Notes under the pieces: model-generated
What the model was told of the DNA's origin: nothing
What the model saw: only the letters and a program-made list of their open reading frames with translations
Databases searched by the model: none
Made by a program: the position numbers and the translations under genes
Shown: positions 13,107-22,984 of the stretch, one piece after another
How the letters are laid out: each line of letters begins with the position of its first letter
Numbering within the stretch: the stretch's first letter is position 1
NCBI GenBank assembly: GCA_900318565.1
Contig: ONLD01000002.1
Coordinates: 1,861-65,860, forward strand
Direction: 5' to 3'
Length of the DNA: 64,000 nt
Source of the DNA: an uncultured Bacteroidales bacterium
GTDB lineage: Bacteria; Bacteroidota; Bacteroidia; Bacteroidales; UBA932

Positions 13107-16100
13107 ATGGGAAGAACAATTCATCTCTTGACCCGGATCACGTTGCTGTTGTGCACAATGTGTATATCTTTGCAACTGCTTGCCCAAACACGCACGGTCT
13201 CGGTCAAAGCCGACGGCCAGAAGGTCGCGGATGTGCTCAAAATCATTGAGCAGCAGAGCGGATTCACTTTCTTCTACAACGATGCGGCCTTCGACAAAAA
13301 CCGCCGCATCAGCATCGACGCGCAGAATAAAGACGTGCTCGCCGTGCTGGAAGAAGTTTTCCGCGGAACCGACGTAAGAGCCTCCATCATCGAAGGCAAT
13401 ATCGTGCTGAGCAACAAGCCTCAGGCAGGTCAGGACCAGCAGGGCCAGACCAATCCGCTTGTACAGGGCACCGTACTCGATTCCGAAGGACAGCCCTTAC
13501 CGGGCGCGTCCGTATTCGTTAAGGGCACGAAGACTGGCACTGTGACAAATAATGCAGGTGCTTTCTCCATTCCCGCAAAGGAAGGTGACGTGCTCACCGT
13601 ATCCTTCCTCGGCTTTAGGGACCTGGAAATCAACGTGGGCAAGAAAGCTCTATACACTGTTGCACTAGAGACCGACGCCGAATTCCTGGACGACGTCGTG
13701 GTGGTCGGCTACGGCACCCAGAAAAAGGTCAACCTGACTGGAGCCGTGGGCGCCATCTCCTCCGAAGTGCTTGACAACAAGCCAATTACGCAGACATCTA
13801 CTGCGCTTCAGGGTAGCATTCCCGGAGTCACCGTCACCACCAACGGCGGCGGTCCGGGCGCCGATACGGGCAACATCCGCATCCGCGGTATCGGCACCTT
13901 CGGCGGCAGCAGTGCGGCCCCGCTGGTGCTCATCGACGGCATCGAGGGCAGCATCAACTCGGTGGATGCCACGCAGATAGACAAGATCTCCGTGCTCAAG
14001 GACGCAGCCTCCTCGGCAATCTACGGCTCCCGTGCAGCCAACGGCGTCATCCTCATCACCACCAAACGTGCCGACAAGGGCAAGTCCAGCGTAAGCTACC
14101 GCGGTTACGTGGGCTGGCAGACCCCTACCACCACGCCCGACACCGTAGGCCCCATCGACTATATGATACTCAACCGCGAGGCCACTGAGAATGACGGCGG
14201 GACCTCCATCTACACAGATGAGTACATAAGCAACTACCTCAAGAACAACTGGCTGGATCCCGACAACTACCCCATCGTCAACTGGAAGCAGCACGCCCTG
14301 AACGGCAGCGGCCTGATGCATCAGCACAACCTGAGCCTTAGCGCCACTTCCGGCAAGATACGCACCCTCACCAGCCTCGGCTTCCTCGACCAGAGGGGCA
14401 TAGTCAAAAGCGCCGATTTCAAGCGCTACAACTTCCGCAACAATATGAACCTGGAAATCAACGACAAAGTCGGTATGCGCTTCGACCTTTCCGGAAGTTA
14501 CGGCCTGCGGCACTATCATCCCAACCAGAGCGGCTTCTTCAATATGATGAATGCCCGCGACCCTCTGTTCCTGGCAGAATGGTCAAACGGCACCTACGCC
14601 CCGTTCACCGGCGGTACAGTCAACCCCCTGCCTATGATGGACCTGGGCGTGGGCGGACAGGTAACCGGCGAGACCTTCCGACTGGCCGGAGCACTGGCCC
14701 TGAGCTACAAGCCTTGGAAATGGCTCACCCTTGAAGGTACCCTAGCCCCCCGAATCACTCAAAGCGAAACACATACATTCCACGACCTGGTTACCTATTA
14801 TTCAGATGCTTACGGAACTGTATCCCCCATCAAAAACAGGGAATACAACTCCCTGCGCGAGAGCATCAGCCGCACCATCTACGGCAACTACCTGTTCACC
14901 GCCAAGGCCCACCACAAGTTTGCACAGGCTCACGATGTGACGCTGCTTGCAGGTGCCTCCTACGAAGATATGGACAACCGCACTCTGGGAGCCTACAGGC
15001 GTGATTTCCAGTATCCTCAGTACCACACCATCAATGCAGGTGCCGACAACGAACTCAAGGAAAACAGCGGAGCCGAATACCAGTGGGCGCTGGCCTCCTT
15101 CTTCGGCAGGTTGAACTACAACTACAAGGAGCGCTACCTCTTCGAAGCCAATATCCGCTTCGACGGATCCTCCCGTTTCGCCAAAGGGCACAGGTGGGGC
15201 ATCTTCCCATCAGCATCCGCTGCCTGGCGAATCACAGAGGAGCCCTGGATGCAAGGAGTCAAGAAGAGCATCAACGAGCTTAAGATACGCGCATCCTACG
15301 GCCAGCTGGGAAACCAGAACCTCGGCGATGACTATTATCCGACAATCCAGAGGCTTACGATTTCCAGCATCTCGGCCAACGACATAATCTATCCCATCGT
15401 GGGCCTGAACAACCTGGCCAACGAGGAGATTACCTGGGAGACCTCCGAGATGTACGACGTGGGTATCGACGGAACCTTCTTCGACAAGCTTACCCTTACC
15501 GCCGACTGGTACTACAAGACCACCTACGGAATCTTGATGGAGCTTGACATCCCCGCCAGCATTGGCCTCAACGCGCCGTTCCAGAATGCCGGCACCGTCC
15601 GCAACGTAGGCTGGGAAGTAGGCGTGGGCTACCACGACCGCAAGGGCGACTGGAGTTGGGGCGTGGATGCCAACCTGAGCGACGTTGTCAACCAGATCAT
15701 AGATATGAAGGGCACCGCATCCGGCTCGCTGCTGCGCAACGAGGAGGGTTATGCCATCAACTCCATCTACGGCCTCAAGTGCATAGGTATGGCCCGCAGC
15801 CAGGAAGAGGCCGACCAGGTCAACGCCACTTGTCCGCAGTACGGTATGGAGACCAAGCCCGGCGACCTTATCTATGAAGACGTGGCCGGTGACTTCAAGG
15901 TTGACGAAAACGGTGAATACATCCTCGACGCCAAGGGCAACAAGATTCCCGCCCCTGACGGCAAGATCGACGACCAGGACCGTCAGATAATTGGCAGCAC
16001 CATCCCCCGCTACACTTTCGGGACCACTCTCAGCATAGGCTGGAAGGGCTTCAACCTAAGCGCCCAGTTCCAGGGCGTGGGCAAGTTGAACGCCTACCTC

Positions 16101-16505
16101 AACGGCTACTACACCCAGCCCTGCGTACAAGGAGGCACCTTCCGTACCGAGCATCTGGACCGCTGGACTCCCGACACTCCCGACGGGCACTTCCCCCGCT
16201 TGAGCTACGCCAGCGAGCTGAGCAAGAAGAATTCCAGCTTCTGGATGGCGGATGCCGCGTACTGCCGCCTCAAGAACCTGCAACTCAGCTACACCTTCCC
16301 CAAGAAGTTGATGAAGAAAGCCAGGATAAGTAACCTGACGCTCTTCGCCAACGCCACCAACCTCTTCACCCTCACCAACTACTGGCAGGGTTACGACCCG
16401 GAGAATATGTTCACGACCAGCGGCGACGGCGTACAGGCCGGAGCTACCGCCACGAACTACCCCCTGGTATCTACCTACACATTCGGAGTGGACATTAAAT
16501 TCTAA
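13107..16505 (+). CDS. SusC/RagA-family TonB-dependent transporter with N-terminal STN signalling domain
   Basis: 1132 aa. STN-like block: VSVKADGQKVADVLKIIEQQSGFTFFYND. Carboxypeptidase-regulatory-like block: GTVLDSEGQPLPGASVFVKGTKTGT. TonB-box/plug: DVVVVGYGTQKKVNLTGAV...IRIRG. The C-terminal barrel ends in F. Confidence 0.95.
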   Translation: MGRTIHLLTRITLLLCTMCISLQLLAQTRTVSVKADGQKVADVLKIIEQQSGFTFFYNDAAFDKNRRISIDAQNKDVLAVLEEVFRGTDVRASIIEGNIVLSNKPQAGQDQQGQTNPLVQGTVLDSEGQPLPGASVFVKGTKTGTVTNNAGAFSIPAKEGDVLTVSFLGFRDLEINVGKKALYTVALETDAEFLDDVVVVGYGTQKKVNLTGAVGAISSEVLDNKPITQTSTALQGSIPGVTVTTNGGGPGADTGNIRIRGIGTFGGSSAAPLVLIDGIEGSINSVDATQIDKISVLKDAASSAIYGSRAANGVILITTKRADKGKSSVSYRGYVGWQTPTTTPDTVGPIDYMILNREATENDGGTSIYTDEYISNYLKNNWLDPDNYPIVNWKQHALNGSGLMHQHNLSLSATSGKIRTLTSLGFLDQRGIVKSADFKRYNFRNNMNLEINDKVGMRFDLSGSYGLRHYHPNQSGFFNMMNARDPLFLAEWSNGTYAPFTGGTVNPLPMMDLGVGGQVTGETFRLAGALALSYKPWKWLTLEGTLAPRITQSETHTFHDLVTYYSDAYGTVSPIKNREYNSLRESISRTIYGNYLFTAKAHHKFAQAHDVTLLAGASYEDMDNRTLGAYRRDFQYPQYHTINAGADNELKENSGAEYQWALASFFGRLNYNYKERYLFEANIRFDGSSRFAKGHRWGIFPSASAAWRITEEPWMQGVKKSINELKIRASYGQLGNQNLGDDYYPTIQRLTISSISANDIIYPIVGLNNLANEEITWETSEMYDVGIDGTFFDKLTLTADWYYKTTYGILMELDIPASIGLNAPFQNAGTVRNVGWEVGVGYHDRKGDWSWGVDANLSDVVNQIIDMKGTASGSLLRNEEGYAINSIYGLKCIGMARSQEEADQVNATCPQYGMETKPGDLIYEDVAGDFKVDENGEYILDAKGNKIPAPDGKIDDQDRQIIGSTIPRYTFGTTLSIGWKGFNLSAQFQGVGKLNAYLNGYYTQPCVQGGTFRTEHLDRWTPDTPDGHFPRLSYASELSKKNSSFWMADAAYCRLKNLQLSYTFPKKLMKKARISNLTLFANATNLFTLTNYWQGYDPENMFTTSGDGVQAGATATNYPLVSTYTFGVDIKF

Positions 16506-16510
16506 GCGTT

Positions 16511-18313
16511 ATGAAAAAGTACATAATATTGATTCTTGCATCGGTACTTACGCTTGCATCCTGCGAAAAAGCCCTGGAGCGCTATCCGCTCAACGGTCCA
16601 TCCACCGGAACCTTCCCCGCCAGCGAGGAGGAAGCCCTGGCCGGTGTACTGGTAAGCTATAAGAACCTCGCAAACTCGGTGAGCCAATACAGCCCCTACC
16701 CCTGGCGCTTCGTGGACAACCTCACCGACATAGGAACCACCCGCATCGGCCTGAGCAGTTGGAACCTCCTCGTAACTTCCACGGCTACACAGACAACCAG
16801 CGCCGCCACCATACTTTACACCAGGATTTACAAGACCGCAGGCCGTATCCATCTGGTGCTTGACAATCTGGACAATATAAAGGACAAGATGTCGGAGGAG
16901 ACTTACAAGCAGTTTAAGGCCGAGTTGCTGTGCCTGAGGGCCTATGTCTATGATATGGGGTGCCAGTATTACGGCGACATTCCTTTCATCGACCACTGTC
17001 TCACCCTCACCGACTACGAGTACCCGCGTGTTCCCAGGGAGCAGGTCATCGACCGCATCCTCAAAGATATGGACGACGATCTTCTGAATTATCTTCCGGT
17101 CCGCTGGGACAAGAGCGTATGGGGTAGCGCCCGCCTGGGCAGGGCTGCCGCCTATACTCTCAAAGCACGAATCTGCCTCAACTGGGGACGTTTCGAGGAA
17201 GCGGCTAAATACTCCCGCATAGCAATGGAACTCGCTGAGGGAGTGTATAAGCTGGAGACCCTGGACTGCACCTATTATCCCAATGCAGCCACCGCAGGCG
17301 AACCTTCCGCCTCCAATCTGTTCGGCTTCGAAGGCGAGAAGAGCGACGAGTGGATGTGGGCCATACAGTTCAACAAACTGGCCGCAGCCAACACTCACGC
17401 AATGGTTTACACCTATTCTTCCCGAGTCCATAACGGCGCTGCCGGATGCGGCCCTTCCCAGGCCCTGATGGACACCTTCCAGTGTACCGACGGCAAGTCC
17501 ATCACGGAATCCCAGCTTTACAACTGGCAGGACCCGTGGAGCCACCGCGACCCTCGCCTTGACCTGTACTGCCTGCGGCCCGACACCCGCTACAACGGAG
17601 TGGAATACACCACCAACCCGAGTGCAAAGCAGGTCCGCGACTACAACACCGGTGCTATGGTAAACAACAACGATGTCTATGGCAACAAGAGCGAGTACGG
17701 TCCCAACGGCACCAAGGGACCAGGCGGCTACCTGTGGCGCAAATTCGGCGATCCGGCATACTACGGAGCCACCCTCACCAACACATACGAGGACGACCTT
17801 GACGTGTGCATAATGCGTTACGCCGAGTTGCTGCTCATCGACGCCGAGGCCAATATCGAGTGGAACGGCGGCGACCTCAAACGCGCCCAGAACGACATCA
17901 ATCAGGTGCGCCAGAGGGTAAAAATGCCGAAGATTACTACTGTGGACCGCGCCGAGCTCCGCAGCGCCCTGCGTTACGAGCGCACCGTTGAGCTGTGCGC
18001 CGAGGGCTTCCGCTGGTTCGACATACGCCGCTGGAAAATGTCCGACGGCCGCGCACTTGCGGAAAAGGTTATGAACGGTCCCCAATACGCTCCCGGCTTC
18101 AAGGACATCCTTTCCAACGCAAAGCCTACAATAGACGAGAACTGGACGGTCAGCTACAACACTTCCGACACCTGGGACGGCAAGGCTTTCAACCTCCGCA
18201 CCCTCATCAATCTGTACTATCAGCCCGGCAAAGACGAGCTCTGGCCGCTTCCCGACAGGGAAATCCGCACCAACGCAGCCATCGGCCAGGAGAACCAGAA
18301 TCCCGGTTATTAA
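16511..18313 (+). CDS. SusD/RagB-family nutrient-binding outer-membrane lipoprotein
   Basis: 600 aa with lipobox LTLASCE, starting 5 nt after susC. SusD-type blocks are present: RAYVYDMG, MRYAELLLIDAEA, ERTVELCAEGFRWFDIRRW. Confidence 0.93.
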   Translation: MKKYIILILASVLTLASCEKALERYPLNGPSTGTFPASEEEALAGVLVSYKNLANSVSQYSPYPWRFVDNLTDIGTTRIGLSSWNLLVTSTATQTTSAATILYTRIYKTAGRIHLVLDNLDNIKDKMSEETYKQFKAELLCLRAYVYDMGCQYYGDIPFIDHCLTLTDYEYPRVPREQVIDRILKDMDDDLLNYLPVRWDKSVWGSARLGRAAAYTLKARICLNWGRFEEAAKYSRIAMELAEGVYKLETLDCTYYPNAATAGEPSASNLFGFEGEKSDEWMWAIQFNKLAAANTHAMVYTYSSRVHNGAAGCGPSQALMDTFQCTDGKSITESQLYNWQDPWSHRDPRLDLYCLRPDTRYNGVEYTTNPSAKQVRDYNTGAMVNNNDVYGNKSEYGPNGTKGPGGYLWRKFGDPAYYGATLTNTYEDDLDVCIMRYAELLLIDAEANIEWNGGDLKRAQNDINQVRQRVKMPKITTVDRAELRSALRYERTVELCAEGFRWFDIRRWKMSDGRALAEKVMNGPQYAPGFKDILSNAKPTIDENWTVSYNTSDTWDGKAFNLRTLINLYYQPGKDELWPLPDREIRTNAAIGQENQNPGY

Positions 18314-18325
18314 TATCACTGAAGT

Positions 18326-20263
18326 ATGAAAAGAAGTATCATATTTATCGCTGCAGCAGCCTTGCTAATCGTCGGCTGCAAAGACTACAGCTACGAAACT
18401 TGGACTCCTGATCAGACCTTGTCCCGCACAGGCGAGGTGAGCCTCCTGGCCAACTTCGAGAACCTGCAGACCAAGGTATTTATGGACGAGAAGGGGCACG
18501 GAACCTGGGAGGGGGCCGACGAGATTGCGGTCGCCTGCACCGACGGCAGCCTCGTCACCTTCAAGCTGGACGGCACGGGCGACACCAAGCGCGCCGTGTT
18601 CAAGGGCACCATCCCTTCCGGCAAGCAATTGGGCCAGGTGGCCGTTTATCCCGCCTCCGCCGCTCTCAGCATTTCCGGTTCAGACCTCACCCTCAAGCTC
18701 AATGACGCCATTACCGCAGCCGTATCTTCGACATATCCCGGCGTACTCGTGGGAGCGATTGAAGATACCTGGGAGGTGAATTTCAAGCAGGCCGTAGGCT
18801 TCCTCAACCTGGCCATAGGGAACTTCCCCGCAGAGGCGGCCAAGATTATTCTTTCCAGCCCCGAGGGGGCCCTGAGCGGCACATTCAAGGCGCCCGTCGA
18901 GAGAATTCTGGACAGCGGCCTAAAACCCTCTGATGCCGTGAGCGGCGGCAACATTACCCTTAATGTAAAATCCTCTGGAAAAACGGTTTACGCCCTGGTT
19001 CCCGTGCCGGTGGCCGACTACGCCGCCATCAATGCCTCCCTACTGGACAACAAGGACAAGACCATAATGGAACAGCCCCTGAGCGACTATACCACCGGCA
19101 TATCCAGAGCCGAGATGCACTCAATAAGCACCGAGTGCGCCGATGTCGCCGCTCCTCCTTGCCGCATCAACATCCGTGGTGAGCGCACCGAAATGCAAGA
19201 GTCTTCCCCCGGCGTGTTCGAGGGTGAGTTCGAAGTCCCCGCCACGACCTCGTTCTATGTCGAGCTGGACGGCGAGGCTTACGGATTTGCCACATTCTCG
19301 GGAGCCGGCGGCCTTGGGACCATCACTTCCGACGCTTCCGCGCTTCCCGTGGCCAAAATCAAGGCGGCGGGAAAGAGCAAGCGAAGCTACTATGTTAAAA
19401 GAGCCATCGGCACTATGGTGAGCTCTTCCGTAGCGGACAATCCCTTCTCAATCAACCTGGAGAGTCCCGGCAAGATTCACGTATTTATCGACAACAGCAA
19501 CCCTTCGTCCCCCAAATACAGGATCAACCTTATACAGGAGGCCGACCCGGCTGTCATTTTCCACGAAGATTTCGACCTTTGCACACTCGGAGGCGACTAC
19601 ATTGCTCCTGTCGATGGAAACGGGCAGAAAGCGGATGCCTATGACGGATATCTTCCCTCAACCAGCACGGTAACCCAGAATAACGGTGCATTTACATTCG
19701 ACTACCCTGTTGACGTGTCTACGGCTCCCGAAGCCAAGCCTGAATATATGCAGGCCTATGGTTTCCAGGACTGGGTGTTCGAGTATGCGGCCGAGCGACC
19801 GGGCGGACTGCAGCTCTGCGCAGGAGCCATCGCCGGAGCTATGACCACCCCGGCGTTCAGCAGCATAGAGGGCAGCGCCGACGCGGTCATCGAAATTGAA
19901 ATCGCACGATTCTCGACTTCTTCCACCGACCCTGTGTTCTTCATACTCGAAAATGGCGGAAGCTTCAATTCAGGCACCATAACCCGCGATGCATACGTCG
20001 CAGCCAGCCAGGCCGGAACATCCTTCCCCGAAGCTACTACCGCGCTGAGCAGCTTTGAGGATGGCGGCACCACCCTGAGGCTCGAGGACAACGATTATTT
20101 CCCCCATCCCTGGAACAATGCCGACATTGACAAGCCCATATCGCACATCAGGCTTGAAGCAAGCGGATTAACCCCCGCTACCAAGCTCAAGATCGACTGC
20201 CCCAAGGGCGTAAAGAACGCCCCCCGTATATTTGTGTTCGACATCAAGGTTACCAAGAAATGA
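18326..20263 (+). CDS. Surface lipoprotein of unknown function (fimbrillin-like N-terminal module, unassigned C-terminus)
   Basis: 645 aa with lipobox AALLIVGCKD. The N-terminal module carries GTWEGADEIAVAC...VAVYPA, shared with the other locus lipoproteins. It lies directly downstream of susD. Confidence 0.8.
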   Translation: MKRSIIFIAAAALLIVGCKDYSYETWTPDQTLSRTGEVSLLANFENLQTKVFMDEKGHGTWEGADEIAVACTDGSLVTFKLDGTGDTKRAVFKGTIPSGKQLGQVAVYPASAALSISGSDLTLKLNDAITAAVSSTYPGVLVGAIEDTWEVNFKQAVGFLNLAIGNFPAEAAKIILSSPEGALSGTFKAPVERILDSGLKPSDAVSGGNITLNVKSSGKTVYALVPVPVADYAAINASLLDNKDKTIMEQPLSDYTTGISRAEMHSISTECADVAAPPCRINIRGERTEMQESSPGVFEGEFEVPATTSFYVELDGEAYGFATFSGAGGLGTITSDASALPVAKIKAAGKSKRSYYVKRAIGTMVSSSVADNPFSINLESPGKIHVFIDNSNPSSPKYRINLIQEADPAVIFHEDFDLCTLGGDYIAPVDGNGQKADAYDGYLPSTSTVTQNNGAFTFDYPVDVSTAPEAKPEYMQAYGFQDWVFEYAAERPGGLQLCAGAIAGAMTTPAFSSIEGSADAVIEIEIARFSTSSTDPVFFILENGGSFNSGTITRDAYVAASQAGTSFPEATTALSSFEDGGTTLRLEDNDYFPHPWNNADIDKPISHIRLEASGLTPATKLKIDCPKGVKNAPRIFVFDIKVTKK

Positions 20264-21438
20264 TGCACCTGCTGATTTCATTATTGGCATCCGCAATTGT
20301 CGCAGGCTCCCCCCTGCCGCCTTGGCAGGAGGGCTGCCTTGATATACACGCCATCAATTCCGGCCGCGGAGAATGCACATTCTTTATTCTGCCCGACGGC
20401 ACCACCCTCTTGGTGGACGCAGGAGAATGGATCAACTGGAAGTCCAAAAGATACCCCGGAGTGCCGCCCAAGCCTTCAGCCGATGTGCGTCCCTGCGAGG
20501 TGTACGCCCGTTACATACGTCATTTTATGCCCCGGAAGGCCAAGGGAGCATTGGACTATGCGCTCATAACCCACTATCATATGGACCATTTCGGCACAGA
20601 GGAGGAAGGTATGGAGGTCGACCCGCAGGGGGGATATGTCCTTACCGGCATAGCCGCACTTCAGAAAGAAATCCCCATCCGCACGCTGATCGACCGGTCT
20701 TATCCGAAGTACGAGAGCACGTGGCTTCCCTCCAGCTCGCAAAGCACCTTCTATCCTAAGTTCGTGCGCTGGGCATCAGCCCACGACGGAATGAAGGCCG
20801 AGAGTTTCAGAGTGGGTGACCGCAGACAACTGCGCCTGCGCCACCGGCCTTGCCGCTACCGCAATTTCAGCATTATGAACTACGCTGCAAACGGAATTGT
20901 TTGGGACGGTTCCAAAAAGGTAAATGCGTACGAGGGCAAGGACATCAAGGAGAACGGCGCATCCTGCTGTTTCCTCCTGAGTTACGGAGACTTTGACTAC
21001 TACACAGGAGGCGACGCCGGAGGCAATGGCGCCGTGGCGTATCCGGTGGCCAGGGCGATAGGCCGGCCAATCGAAGCTATGAAGGCTGACCATCACTTCT
21101 CCTACCATTGTATGAAAGACGAGACTATGGGCATATACAGGCCTCAGGTGGTTGTGACCCAGGTCTTCTCGGTCAGGGAAATACAACCGGACGTAGAGAC
21201 TCTCACCCACCTGTTGCTGGACAACCCGATGGGTCTTGACACAAAGTACTACTTTACCAACCTCGGAGAAGAACAGCGAAGCCTGCACAAAGACCTTTAC
21301 GACAAGGCCTCAGGCATAAACGGACACGTTGTGATAAGAGTTATGCCCGGAGGTTCTGAGTATTATGTATATTTATTGGATGACACTAATTTCGAGTACA
21401 ATATAATTCAAACTGACGGACCTTTCAAATGCAGATGA
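20260..21438 (+). CDS. Secreted ComEC-like MBL-fold hydrolase (stand-alone paralog 1)
   Basis: 392 aa with an ATGA start/stop overlap with the upstream gene. Motifs: LPPWQEGCLDIHAINSGRGECTFFILPDGTTLLVDAGE, ITHYHMDHFG, YGDFDYYTGGD, EAMKADHH, GHVVIRVMPGGSEYYVYLLDD. Confidence 0.85.
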   Translation: MMHLLISLLASAIVAGSPLPPWQEGCLDIHAINSGRGECTFFILPDGTTLLVDAGEWINWKSKRYPGVPPKPSADVRPCEVYARYIRHFMPRKAKGALDYALITHYHMDHFGTEEEGMEVDPQGGYVLTGIAALQKEIPIRTLIDRSYPKYESTWLPSSSQSTFYPKFVRWASAHDGMKAESFRVGDRRQLRLRHRPCRYRNFSIMNYAANGIVWDGSKKVNAYEGKDIKENGASCCFLLSYGDFDYYTGGDAGGNGAVAYPVARAIGRPIEAMKADHHFSYHCMKDETMGIYRPQVVVTQVFSVREIQPDVETLTHLLLDNPMGLDTKYYFTNLGEEQRSLHKDLYDKASGINGHVVIRVMPGGSEYYVYLLDDTNFEYNIIQTDGPFKCR

Positions 21439-22703
21439 GAAAGAATTTTACATTTTTTATTACTTTTCTGATGCTCGCCGCCTGCGGACAGAAGCCCGAT
21501 GAGGACCAGGGCGGGGAGCAGCCGTCAAAGGCACCGAACGAGGCCGCGATCGGCGACGTCCTGCCCTTATGGCAAGAAGGATGGCTTGATATTCACGCAA
21601 TAAGCACGGGACGCGGCGAGTGCACCTTCTTTATGATGCCCGACGGCACCTCTATGATCATTGATGCCGGAGAAGTAGTGACATCCACAACTTCACCTGT
21701 ATCCGTGACCCAGAGGCCCAACAGCAACACAAGGGCGTACTTTACGCAATCACGCTATATTAAGCACTTCCTGGAGGCTTCCGGACACGATTATCTGGAC
21801 TATGCCGTAATGAGCCACTTCCACATCGACCACTTCGGCACACCCAAAGGCAAGGGATTCATAGTTAGTTCGGAGGGCTATACCCAAACCGGCTTGATGG
21901 CCCTGTACACGACACTGCCCTACAAAAAATTGATAGACCGCGCCTGGAGCGCCGACGATCCTGAATATGAGTTCGTCAAGACAAGCGCAACCAGCTACAG
22001 TGCCGGTCTGCACGGGGATTACACCAACTTTGTCAAGTATGCCACTTCAAAGAAAGGGCTTGTTATGGAGCGCTTCCAGGCCGGCACCGACAAGCAGCTC
22101 ACGCTCTGCTACAATGCGGCCAAATACCCTTCTTTCAAGATTTTCAACTACGGCGTCAACGGTGAATACTGGAACGGCACTTCGATGGTGGATGCTTACG
22201 GTTCCGCCATCCCGTACGAGAACGGTGCCTGCTGCATTTCGCTCATAAGCTACGGCAAGTTCGACTACTACACTGCCGGAGATGCGGGCGGAAACACCAA
22301 GATGGCAGTCCCTGTGGCCAAGGTTATCGGACGCCCGATTGAGGCTATGAAGGCCGACCATCATATGTCGGTAAACTGTCTGCCCAAGGACCAGATGAGC
22401 ATACTCAAGCCCAAGGTGATAGTGACCCAGAGTTTTGCACGCCGCACCGACCAGCCTATGCTTGAAACCATAAAGGACCTGCTGGACGGCGCCTACTACG
22501 ACACCGGGGTGTCGCTTTACTTTACTGGAGTTGACGACGTCATAACCACGCCCAACAAAGACCTTTACGGTCACTGCCACGTCAACGGCCACGTGGTTAT
22601 CCGCGTAGCCCCGGGCGGGGACCGCTTCTGGGTTTTCCAGCTTGATGACACCAACAATATCTATAGAATAAAATCGGTCGAAGGACCTTTTGAATGCGAA
22701 TGA
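21429..22703 (+). CDS. ComEC-like MBL-fold lipoprotein (stand-alone paralog 2)
   Basis: 424 aa with lipobox FLMLAACG, overlapping the upstream gene by 10 nt. Motifs: LPLWQEGWLDIHAISTGRGECTFFMMPDGTSMIIDAGE, MSHFHIDHFG, YGKFDYYTAGD, EAMKADHH, GHVVIRVAPGGDRFWVFQLDD. Confidence 0.85.
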   Translation: MQMRKNFTFFITFLMLAACGQKPDEDQGGEQPSKAPNEAAIGDVLPLWQEGWLDIHAISTGRGECTFFMMPDGTSMIIDAGEVVTSTTSPVSVTQRPNSNTRAYFTQSRYIKHFLEASGHDYLDYAVMSHFHIDHFGTPKGKGFIVSSEGYTQTGLMALYTTLPYKKLIDRAWSADDPEYEFVKTSATSYSAGLHGDYTNFVKYATSKKGLVMERFQAGTDKQLTLCYNAAKYPSFKIFNYGVNGEYWNGTSMVDAYGSAIPYENGACCISLISYGKFDYYTAGDAGGNTKMAVPVAKVIGRPIEAMKADHHMSVNCLPKDQMSILKPKVIVTQSFARRTDQPMLETIKDLLDGAYYDTGVSLYFTGVDDVITTPNKDLYGHCHVNGHVVIRVAPGGDRFWVFQLDDTNNIYRIKSVEGPFECE

Positions 22704-22816
22704 AAGAGTACATTGCGCCTTCCCTCGAAGCCGTACAGCGGCTTCCCCTTTTTCTTCTGTGCCAGTCGGACACGGAAGATATGACTTGGCGCGACGGTGA
22801 ATGGGATAACTATTAA
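22700..22816 (+). CDS. Small ORF, 38 aa (candidate peptide A)
   Basis: Its ATG overlaps the stop of the MBL gene (ATGA). Translation: MKEYIAPSLEAVQRLPLFLLCQSDTEDMTWRDGEWDNY. It shares a spaced motif with the next small ORF. It is below the ORF-track length cut-off and I found it by reading the frame. Confidence 0.35.
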   Translation: MKEYIAPSLEAVQRLPLFLLCQSDTEDMTWRDGEWDNY

Positions 22817-22827
22817 TCACATATATT

Positions 22828-22965
22828 ATGAATAAACATCTATTGGCTTACAACCCTCCGCAGGTTTACGCGGAACCTTTTGACTGCGCCCTTGGCCTGT
22901 GTCAGGCCAGCGGCGGCGAATTCCAGGAACCCACAACGGTTGACGACCTCATCTGGGGCGACTAG
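22828..22965 (+). CDS. Small ORF, 45 aa (candidate peptide B, paralog of peptide A)
   Basis: Translation: MNKHLLAYNPPQVYAEPFDCALGLCQASGGEFQEPTTVDDLIWGD. The spacing Y-x2-P-x3-A-x8-LCQ is the same as in peptide A, and there is a similar acidic Trp-containing tail. Confidence 0.35.
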   Translation: MNKHLLAYNPPQVYAEPFDCALGLCQASGGEFQEPTTVDDLIWGD

Positions 22966-22984
22966 TGTTTAACATCTAAAATCA

